Positions 53,914 through 64,000 of a stretch of 64,000 bases of DNA are shown one piece after another; the first letter of the stretch is position 1, and each line of letters begins with the position of its first letter. Made by a program: the position numbers and the translations under genes. The notes beneath the pieces were generated by a model, which saw only the letters and a program-made list of their open reading frames with translations, had not been told where the DNA came from and searched no databases. The DNA comes from Seison nebaliae (Eukaryota): the NCBI GenBank assembly GCA_023231475.1, contig JALJEE010000596.1:1-64000 (forward strand). Reading direction: 5' to 3'.

Positions 53914-54825
53914 TTATTTTTTAAAATCATTTCCGGCAAATGCCAAATTTCCCTTCACTAATTTCTTCGTTCGTTTCCCAATTAATTTCGTAAATTTACC
54001 CATTTCGATTAAACTCTCTTTACTGTCATGTGGAACGGCTCCATTATCCAATTGGAATTTGACTAACGCAATTAATGGTTTTGTAATGGTTTTGAATAAG
54101 TGACAATTTTCGATAAATTCTAATTCAGTTTCTGAATTTGATTTAGTCATTTCACTCTCTGAATAAACGAGAAAGATGGCGATCGATTCCAATGTTGAAA
54201 CGAAACATTCTCTCGCCTGTGTTCGAATTAGATAGAAACTTTTATAATTTAGATCAGTCAAATTAATTTGGATGTGAATCATTCGATTGAAATAATCTCG
54301 ATTACGGTAATAAAGTCCTTTAGCTTGCATCCACGTCCCATCGATCACTACCACATGAAACTCAGATTTTTCCGAATGATCATCTTTCCAAAAAGAAACA
54401 GGTAAATGATTCGAATCAATCGATTTAGCTAATTCTCCAGGAAATAATAGGAATGTTCGATGTATATTGGATGGATGGAACATCGATTTAAATTCGTTTG
54501 GGAATTTCTCATTCGTCACATCAATTCTTCGATAACGATAAATGAACAATTGAGAATCATTAAACATCTTCTCCAAAATATTTGTTGTATTCAAACATCG
54601 ACGTATTTCCAATGGATGTTGAAGAATAAAAACTTTCGTTTTTACCAAATGAATTTTTTTCTCCGGATATGACGAACAGATACAAGTCTTTGTTGGACGA
54701 TCGCATCTCCCACATATTTCTCTCAACTTCGTATTGATCAAATCATTATTTGATGAATTCGAATTGTCAAAATCAAATTGGAAATTAAATGGGAAGTCTT
54801 CATCATTCTCTTCTTCGTCGTTCAT
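53914..54825 (-). CDS. DTWD2: DTW-domain tRNA-uridine aminocarboxypropyltransferase (DTWD2/TapT-like)
   Basis: CGRCDRPTKTCICS, ILQHPLE, LLFPG, VVIDGTWMQAK (DTW motif) and STLESIA. Confidence 0.85.
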   Translation of the reverse strand: MNDEEENDEDFPFNFQFDFDNSNSSNNDLINTKLREICGRCDRPTKTCICSSYPEKKIHLVKTKVFILQHPLEIRRCLNTTNILEKMFNDSQLFIYRYRRIDVTNEKFPNEFKSMFHPSNIHRTFLLFPGELAKSIDSNHLPVSFWKDDHSEKSEFHVVVIDGTWMQAKGLYYRNRDYFNRMIHIQINLTDLNYKSFYLIRTQARECFVSTLESIAIFLVYSESEMTKSNSETELEFIENCHLFKTITKPLIALVKFQLDNGAVPHDSKESLIEMGKFTKLIGKRTKKLVKGNLAFAGNDFKK

Positions 54826-55342
54826 TTAAATAACTTCAAGAAATTTCTTGAGAGAATAAGATTTTAGTCAAAACAAAATTTCTGATATTTAAGCCAAAAA
54901 TTTGAAAAAGAATATTTTTCATCGACCATCGTCAAAAAATGGAAAAAAAATTTTTCATTATCTACCTATAAAAATATAAAAGACAAACTAACGAGTAAAA
55001 GTTTTTGAAAGATATAGTTCAAGACAGAAAACCCATCAAAATGAATACTTTTAATAAATTTATTGTAGAAATTTACCTACCAATTACTTACTTACAATTG
55101 TTAAATTATTTCCAATGAATAGACTATAAATTTTTCGGAATAGAATTATAATAATCAATTGAAATGATTGAGCTTAAAATTTAAACACAGAAAATTTCGG
55201 TAATTTCTAAAATATCAAATTATTCAATAGAAGTTGAATTAAAAGAGAAATGAAAATTACAAATTTTTAATTTTGTACTTTAAAAAAGAAAAAATTAATT
55301 CTTTTATCATTCGTTTCTTTCTTATCTTCTACATTTTAAGTA

Positions 55343-58293
55343 ATGGCTTTCAATTGGGTATATGATCGTATGAAATCCATGATTTCCATGGATGATACAA
55401 GAAAACGGTCATCGTCAGATGGTTTAAGTTCAGAAGACACTTCCAATTGGACCTTCGATCATACTACCAATTTACATCAGAATAAAAGAATGAGAAAAAT
55501 GATTGAACAAAATGAGAATGTCGTTTTCACAAAAGAACAATCGATATTTAATCGAAAGGATGGAAAATTCATGATCGACGGTGAAGTTCCATCATTCAAT
55601 TTTAATAATTCAACTCTCGATCAGAAAACGTCAACATTTATTGATTCGCCACGAAGATTTAACGTTGTTGGTAGACGACAAATTCCATCAAGTGAATTGA
55701 AAGAACGAGTGAAGCAATCAGATTCTTCACTTTCATTCGAAAACGGTCATTTTAAAATTGATGAGAAAAAAAAAATATCAAAACCATCATTCAATGAATT
55801 CTGGGAGAATAAAAATATGATAAGAAAATTCGCCCACAAACCAATTAATCTTCCCAAACCCAAAAACATTTCGAGCGAAACGAAAATTGTATTTAATGAA
55901 ATTTTGGTGGATGATGGAAAATTGATAGATGACGAAATAATTATAGAGAAACCAATCAGGAAGAAACGTCCGTTAGATGATGACAGTGAACATAAAACAT
56001 TCAAAAATAGTGGTTGTCAAACCATCAATGAATCGACCACAACAGAATCATCAATCCGTCGATCGCCAAATAAGAAGAAATTGAAAAAGAATAAAATGTT
56101 CGATTGGATCGATAATAAGACGAGAGAGAATCTTCTTCGATTGAAAAAGTTAAATGAGAAGAATTTGGATATATTTTGGAAGAAAATGGAAGAGAAAAAA
56201 TCCACTGAAGAAAAAGATTTACCCAAATCTGATGATCTCGTTAAATTCAATCAAATTTCAGAGAATTCTCTCAAAAAGAAAAACGTTCGACATTTATTTC
56301 AATATTTCTCTTAATCATTTTCTTTTTTAGAACGACGAAGTTGATAACAAAGTTAAAAAAGCGAATGAAATAGAAAAAGAAAAAAAAGTTTTTTTTTAAA
56401 ATAATTTTTAAAATTAAGTTTTTTTCCAGACAAATTCCACATCTCTTCCATCACTCTCGGAATTGTTTGGAAAGAAAGACGGTTGGGAATGTAGTTCGTG
56501 TCTCATATTCAACAAAGAATCCGCCACTTCTTGCGCTTCATGTGAAACGAAAAGAGAAACGGTTTTAAATTTTATTTGAGGAAAATTAATTAACTTTCTT
56601 TCATCAGAAATCTCCAGTAAAAGATTTGAAAAGAAAAGGAAAGAATGATGAAGAATTTATTGATATAATTCATTTGGAAGAACCGAAAGTGAATGAAAAG
56701 CCAAAGAAAGTGAATGATTCATCGAAAATTCAATTTGGAAATGTGAGTAAATCGCCATCAGTAAATTTCACGAAATTATTCGAAACTTCTTCCAATAAAT
56801 CGTTGAATGATATGAAAGAGAATAATTCGATGAATGAGTTCGACGATTCCGGTAACGATAATTTGGGATCGTTGAAAAAAAGAGTTTCTTTCAATCTGAA
56901 TGCGAATACTGTGAAGATTATTAGCGACGAGAAGACCCAGAAATCGAAATTAACAATTGTGTCAAATGGACGAGATGATAATTCTCAAAAATTATATGGA
57001 AATTCTACGACTTCATCGTCGTCTTTATTTCTGTTCACTCCTTCAAATTCTATTAATGCCACTTCTGAACAAACATTATCAAATACTAGTAACAATTTTC
57101 AATTGAAAACATCAGAGAATGAAGAGAAAAAAGGATTATTCACATTTAAAATGAACAATACTCCTATCGATCAGATACCTCTCACGAAAACAACGACGGA
57201 ATCACAACCGATGAAAATTTCATTATTTGGAGATCTGTTGAAAAGGAATGACACATCTAAAGATTCGAAAGAGCAACAAAAGACAATTGACAATCCGAAA
57301 TCAGTTGTTGATACTGTTTTTCGTAATACCGGTTTGACACAACCTCCACCACTTTTTGGTGAATTGTTCAAAAGTCAAAATTCCACAACTACACCATCGA
57401 ACGGAGGAAATACGATATTCAAATTTTCTGGTGGTGATAATTCGAAAAAATTATTCAATTTTACTGGAGATTCCAATTCTGCCACCACAATAAATGGTGG
57501 AACATCATCATTATTTTCATCAATATCTTCAACAGGACAATCATCATTATTTCCCCCAACACAATCATCAAATCAATCGACTATATTTCCGTCGATAAAA
57601 TCATCAAATACAACGATGTTATTTGCTCCAACAATATCATCATCATCATCGTCATTAGGTCAATTACCTAAATTTGGACAAAGTACTCCATCAGATAAAT
57701 CGACATTATTTTCATCCGTATTGTCTGGTGGTCCGTCATCATTATTTTCATCAACATTTACTACTACTTCTTCGTTGATGTTCCCTCCAACAGCAACCAC
57801 ATCTCAACCATCTTTATTCTCATCGATATCAATCTCTACAAAGTCATCAATATTTCCATCATCAACCATCACTCAAGCATCATTATTTCCATCAGCATCA
57901 ACCACAGCTCATTCACTCTTTCCTCCAACCAAATCATCTGGTCAATCGTCGTTGTTTGGACAAAGTACATCATCAGGTCAATCGTTATTTAATTTCAAAT
58001 TTCAAACAGATTCGGAAACGTCCAAAACGTCGTCTTTCTCTTTATTTTCAAAATCATCCACCGAAACATCGAATTCGACCAATACAACAAATACGATTTT
58101 CTCAGGATTCTCATCAGCTGGTGGTTTCTCGTCGCCTTTTGCCGCTAATACTCCGAATCTCGACCAGAATCCAAATAATTCTCCTTTTCCTTCGATCGCT
58201 AATGCTGCTAATTTCAGCACTCCACAAATGGGAAATGTTCAATCGAATATGTTCAATCCGAGAAGTACGAAGAGACGAAACCGGAAATTTTAA
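55343..58293 (+). CDS. Nup153-like FG nucleoporin with a RanBP2-type zinc finger; 4 exons (55343-56284, 56331-56387, 56430-56561, 56608-58293)
   Basis: Exon 3 encodes WECSSCLIFNKESATSCASCETKR. The C-terminal half is S/T-rich with SLF/FG/FxF repeats and ends in a basic tail RSTKRRNRKF. Introns 56285-56330, 56388-56429 and 56562-56607 are all phase 0, GTT..AG. Confidence 0.7.
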
Positions 58294-58616
58294 AAGATTC
58301 CACTTGAATAAATTCATTTGTTTTCTACTTCAATAAAAATTTATTCGATTTTTCTGTTACTTATTCCATTGAATTGTTGGAATGAATGGATAAGCCGATT
58401 ATTAAAAGTTGATTTCTTTCCACTTTCATTCACTCGATTGAATGAAGGAATTGTATGATGAGTAGATGATAGGAAGCAATTCATAATAGATTTCCTATAA
58501 AGTTAATTTATTCATGATATTCTTCATATATACACACATAATAAATTCATAAGACTTCTACCAATTTCTTAGAATAGCATAATTCCGTTGCTTCATATTA
58601 TCTCCTGTTTATTTCT

Positions 58617-59087
58617 ATGATGAAAACGAAACATTCAGCATTGTTTGTTTGTTTGGGCAATATCTGTCGCTCACCAACAGCAGAAGCGATTTTGAAAGAT
58701 CTGGTAAAAAAGAAGAAAGTAGAGAGTGAATGGTTCATCGATTCGGCAGCTACCTCACGCTATCAAATCGGTGATCCAATTTATTACAAATCTAGAAAGG
58801 TATTAGAGAAAAATGGTCTCTCAACCAATCATCGAGCTCGTCAAATCACGAATGATGATTATAGACAATTCGAATATATCTTCGGTTTCGATGATGAAAA
58901 TATGGCGAATTTAGAACGAATGAAACCGACCAACTCTACCGCACGATTAGTTTTGCTCAGTGAATTTGATCCGAAGAATACAGGAGCAATCGAAGATCCA
59001 TATTATGGTTATGACGATTCATGTTTCGATGTAGTATATGAACAATGTTATCGTGCATGTTCGGCTTTTCTGGATTCACATCTCTAA
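58617..59087 (+). CDS. ACP1: Low-molecular-weight phosphotyrosine protein phosphatase
   Basis: LFVCLGNICRSPTAE P-loop, IDSAAT, HRARQI and IEDPYYG. Confidence 0.95.
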   Translation: MMKTKHSALFVCLGNICRSPTAEAILKDLVKKKKVESEWFIDSAATSRYQIGDPIYYKSRKVLEKNGLSTNHRARQITNDDYRQFEYIFGFDDENMANLERMKPTNSTARLVLLSEFDPKNTGAIEDPYYGYDDSCFDVVYEQCYRACSAFLDSHL

Positions 59088-59661
59088 ATCGATCCACAAA
59101 CCGGTCAGTTGACAGTGAAAATTATAATTTTAATGAAAATTTTATAAATAAATTTATTTAAATTTTTCTTTAAAATACATTATCAAAATGAGAATTTTTC
59201 ATTTTTTGGTTAGAAAAGAGTTAAACTGTTTTTTGGAGTGAGGAGAAAATTGGATAAAATTCTTTTGGACAATTTTATATGATTCAAAAATATTTCGATA
59301 AGATTTTATTTGATATGAGATAAATAATCGGATTTGGTCGTCTCTAATAATCTCCAGTAAGTGGTCCGGGAAAGGGAACAATTAATTAGGAGGGAGGTGA
59401 ATGATGCATAGTTAATATTAAGAAAGATTCGCGTAGAAAAACGAATAAGTTTTTGGAATAATAAATTTCTTACGAAAAATAAAATTTGGAAAAATTCATC
59501 GGTTTATTTACTGCATAAAATTTGGTGCATTCGACATTCAGTCTTTGTGCATATTATGAATTATGCTTAGTTGGAGATATTTGTAAGGAAGGAATGAAAG
59601 TTACTTATCCGAAAAGAAGAAAACGACAATTTCACTGTTGGAAGAGGGGTTGACAAGACAA

Positions 59662-60172
59662 TTAGTTGGATGGTTGAGAAGAATTACCATTTGATTGGAG
59701 TGACAATTCATCGGACGGCATTACATAACAATTGACAGCTGCATATTTGGCAGAGGGTAAGATGTCTTCGTCATTCATTGTGGAATTGTAGAGACCAAGT
59801 AGTGCCCCACAATTACTGCAATAATGCTCCACTTCTGTAATATCTTTGTAGTAAGTGGATGGCTTACAACATCTTCTGCATAAACAGAAATCTCTCAATA
59901 GACTCGCAAATGATGTATTCGTTTTTGATTTGTATTTGATCTTCGTCTCTACCATTCGATTACAAAACGAACAATTAATCTTGACGGGAGAAGCATAACG
60001 AAAATTATGCATCATGTTCGATTCGACTCCATCGTTTGACACTAATAATGGTACGTTCGTCGTCTGAGATGATATGTGACTGACACATCCATTAAAATAA
60101 AAGAAATTATTTCCGCTTTTAATCTGATTAAGGAAATTATTATAATTTTGATTCGAATCAATATTCTCATTA

Positions 60173-60207
<35 letters not shown>

Positions 60208-60684
60208 GTTATTAGTGTTGTTACTATCGAGTGATGAGAAAGATATTCTATCATCAAATTTATTAATTATAACTCGACGAGAAATGTCTGATGTTCCCAA
60301 ATTCTCCTCCTTCTCTTCCTCTAACGAATTTGTTGAATCAGTTTCATTTGAATTTTCAACCGGTTTACCTCTCTCCTCCTCTTCCTCATCATCCATTGAT
60401 ACTGCACGAGATAGATCACTGATGGATTTGAATGATAAATTATTATGAACTTCATTGGCAGTTGGATTTGTTTCACTTTTCATAATTTGAAAGTTAGTCG
60501 CAAACTCGTTATTCTCAACTTGGACGTTATCGTTGTTGTATTCTTCTGACATGGCGTCGTAAAATTTCGTAACGGATTTGACGGATTCGGTTGAACGATA
60601 ATTTATGGGTGTATTGGCAAACGAACTTTTTGCACTTTTAAAACTAGCGGACGTGCCTCCCGAATTGAGTGAAGGATGACTCAT
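59662..60684 (-). CDS. LITAF-domain protein with long acidic/Asn-rich N-terminus
   Basis: SPVKINCSFCNRMVETKI..CLCRRCCKP..DITEVEHYCSNCGALLGLY matches the CxxC..HxCxxC LITAF signature. Confidence 0.8.
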
Positions 60685-61517
60685 ATTTTGTTCGATTCAG
60701 TACATAATAAAAGAAGATTAAAAGGAACTATTTAATCAATTTGTATGAATTGGAATTTAATCTGATAAAATAAAAAAATTAATCATAATTTCTGAATTAT
60801 TTGAAGCAGCATAATTTGGGCTTTTTCACATTTTTTTTACATTAACTTCTTTCTCACAAGTCCAAACAATTTCTTTACAAAAATTTTCTAGTTCGCCTTC
60901 TTGTGTCAATTAACATGATCATATTACATTCATTTCTCTACAATCCTTCCAATAGTTAATGAGATGACTTACTCACAATATCGAATGTTTAACGGAGTTT
61001 GATCGAAATAAATTGTTTGACTAAACTACTAAAATTTCTTTCATTTAAAAAGTTTTCTCTCAGTCAAATTTTCATTCTGTGAGAACAAATGACGATAAGA
61101 TGGACGATCGTTTAGAGATGATATAATTCTAATAACTTCTACCTTGTAAGTATTTTTGAAAATTATTTTAATAATAAATTAAATTATTTAAACATGTCAA
61201 TAAGTTTACGGATGGACATTGAAAATGTTTTTTTTATCAAATTTCTCATTAGAAAAATAATTAAGAAATAATTTAGGAAAAGTACGTCTGAGTTTGTAGG
61301 AGAATTAAACAAGTACTACAAATAGGTAGTATATGGTCAATAAATAAAACACCTTGACATATATTAAATTTCATGGGAAGTTTATTAATATTTGTTTATT
61401 TACTAATGATGGATGGGCAGCTAATCGATTTGATGAAAGAAAGAGCTTTCCTTTCGAAACGTCTTAAATCATTAACGGTCACCTGATTGAATAGTTTCTG
61501 AAATTCAATTCATTATT

Positions 61518-61531
61518 GTAACCATGACAAT
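61518..61531. promoter_or_regulatory. Candidate RFX X-box upstream of CLUAP1
   Basis: GTAACCATGACAAT has one mismatch to the consensus and lies 45 nt before the ATG of an intraflagellar transport gene, a class known to be RFX targets. Confidence 0.5.
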
Positions 61532-61576
61532 TTTTTATTATGATTTAATTATATTTCATTGAATTCAGTGATAACG

Positions 61577-63814
61577 ATGTCATATCGAGATATTCGAAGT
61601 TATTATCATTTCCATCATTTTCATCCGATTATCATGCTAATTAGATTTTTGCGAGATGACCAGGTTGTTAGGTTACGACCGAATAATATCCATGGAGAAC
61701 TTTAAGAAACCGAATTTTGGACTAGTCGCTGAAATTCTCCAATGGTTAATGAAACGGTTTTTACATTTTATAAAACGGAATTGAACAAATAAAAAACAAA
61801 TTAAACAGATTCGATAGCACAACTGATATTCCATTAGATATTAATTCGGAGCAAGATCGTGTGGCTTTTATCAAAGCCGTTGCTCAATTCATGGCAGCGA
61901 AACAACATATTAAACTGAACACGAAGAAATTATATCAAGCTGACGGTTATGCGGTGAAAGAATTATTGAAAATGACAACGGTCTTGTATGACGCTTATTT
62001 GCAAAACAAAGAAATGTTGAAAGATGATACAATGGCAGACGATGAGATGATGATGGCAGACAGTACTCTAATTCAAAATACGAATGCTCAAATTGAGGAA
62101 TTAAAAAATGCGAGACAACTCGCTGGTACGATAACGGAAAAAGGAGCAAATCTTTTCGAATTATTAGAACAAGAAGTAGATCTGAGAGTTCATAAAAATC
62201 TTAATCTTCTCACTAAGCCACTCTCTTTATGTATACGTAGGAAATAAGAACAAAAGTTCTCAATAAGAATTATGATACGAAAAATGTTCAGAAATATATC
62301 AGAGAAGCTGGAACTATGATCGAAGTTTTCTACTTATTCGATCTATAAAAAATCTAAATAAATTTTTAATAATTCATAGAAAGAGAATGAAAAGACTCAG
62401 AATATGCTGAATAGTATCAAAACAGACGAGAATGGTCTTGATCAGAAGATCGAGAAGAAAAGAGCCGAATATGAGAGAAGACAAAAGAAATTAGGAACAT
62501 TAAAAGTTCTCAGGTTTGAAAATTATTTTTATCCAAATTCTATCGGAAATTAACATTAAAAAAAGACCGGCTTATATGGATGAATATTTAGTATTGGAGA
62601 AAGAGTTGGAGAAGGTGTATGAGGAGTATCTTGTGAAATTTCGAATACAAACCTATTTGGAGCAACAATTACATGAAATGAATAAAGAAGACCAAAGAAA
62701 CTTTGAGGTTTAACTTTGAACTTTGAACGAAATTCATTTTGTTTTGTGTTTCTGATATTTTTCTTATTTTATAATTTCATAATTTTTGTTCATTAATCTT
62801 TGAAAGACGATGAAAGAAACAAGACAAGAATTATTAAAGAAACGAATTGATGATCAAGTCATAAATGATCTGAATGAGTTCGATGAAGAAGATGAAATTA
62901 ATTCTTTGAGTTTCGTTTCTTTTCCTTTTAGTTTATATAGAAATTACTTAAGTTTATCATATAATTTAGTTGATATTATCAGAATAATTTAAATAGTTTA
63001 GAAATTTAACAATTATTCTTCGAATTTTAGGGAGATAAAATAGGACCGTTTTCCAATTACATGGCAGATACAGTAAATGTTTTTGCAGGTGAACCACATT
63101 TCTTAAGCTGAACCGAATTATTATTACAACTATATCTTTCTTATAATTTTTCTTTTTTCTCTGAAGGCGATTCTCAGGAACCGGATATGGCTGACGTCGA
63201 AATAGATGAAAACGGAAGATTAATGGGTTACTTTTTTATAATGTGAAATTTATTGAGGAAATGTGAAAAAAATAGTGTTACCAGAAGTTGGTTTCCACGA
63301 ATATGATACAGATAAGAAAGATAGGAAATTAATAGCCGATCTAATGAAAGTTCAAGGTTAAAATGAAGATAATTATTGAGAATAATTTGGACGAATATCT
63401 CACTTAGATAAGAATTTCCCAGAGAATGATCATGAAATAACGACTAGCGACACGACCGACCAGAATTTCGATGATACAAATGGATTAGAAGAACGAGTTA
63501 AAGTCGCAGCTGCTAATAATAATCCGATTGAGACTAAATTATCCGGATCCGAATTAATTGATCATGAAACTGGTGTTAATCCGTTCGCCGGATTACATGA
63601 TGATGATGATTTATTTAGTAACGTGAAAGAAGCGACAGATATCTTGCATTCAGATAATTTGGATAATATCGATGTAGTTCATAATTTCGATCAGGAATTC
63701 GAAGAGAATATTAGTAGTAATAATCGACTATTTCAATTCAACAAGCGAAAAACAGATAATAAGCGTATACGACACATCTTTAAAGAACAATCGTATTATG
63801 ATGAAGGATTCTAA
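61577..63814 (+). CDS. CLUAP1: Clusterin-associated protein 1 / IFT38; 11 predicted exons
   Basis: [64 protein letters not shown] and RPAYMDEY. Introns 61599-61644, 61757-61808, 62188-62240, 62325-62379, 62514-62565, 62708-62806, 62915-63030, 63089-63166, 63227-63275 and 63357-63407. The acidic C-terminal exons are less certain. Confidence 0.92.
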
Positions 63815-64000
63815 AGTGAAATAAAGTACATGTTAATGTTTATCAAAGTTTTATTATCGATGAAATTTTAAGGAAATTTATATTTTTAAATTTATTTAAT
63901 TTTATGATTTTATTATTTTGTTTTACTTCCATTTTTTATGTTTGTTTTATTTGGAATTATAGAAAAATTCAGTTCTTCCAAAGATATAAGTGAAGATGAA

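Noticed and set aside
61040..61500. Exon-like minus-strand segments between the LITAF gene and CLUAP1
   Set aside because: The phases could not be reconciled into an open frame; they may be UTR or promoter sequence.
40142..62247. Alternative nuclear genetic code
   Set aside because: Conserved proteins (FEN1, Rab21, ACP1, CLUAP1) translate correctly with the standard code, and all apparent internal stops fall in introns.

Overview
AT-rich, compact animal genomic DNA. The RGK GTPase, FLYWCH zinc fingers, ciliary CLUAP1/IFT38 and a peptide-hormone-like precursor point to a metazoan; the species cannot be determined from this window. I built spliced models by hand for 18 protein-coding genes (one partial) and found one tRNA-Arg(TCG). 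Recognisable genes are Rab21, an RGK GTPase, FEN1, DTWD2, a Nup153-like nucleoporin, LMW-PTP/ACP1, a LITAF-domain protein, CLUAP1, two FLYWCH proteins, a BTB protein, an NHL-like propeller protein and a DSP pseudophosphatase. The main signal is in the splice sites: 48 of 50 modelled introns start GTT rather than GTA/GTG. None has GTRAG, only 14 of 50 have G at +5, 12 of 50 end in AAG, and 38 of 50 are 41-66 nt, which suggests altered 5' splice-site recognition. Applying the GTT rule revealed two genes absent from the ORF track, a 9-exon small-exon gene and a 2-exon neuropeptide-like precursor. It also joined about ten ORF fragments and small exons into one 15-exon BTB + NPH3-like gene, a family known mainly from plants. 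DTWD2 and FEN1 are only 66 nt apart with an unpaired acceptor between them (operon/trans-splicing candidate). All gene models are manual predictions without transcript support.
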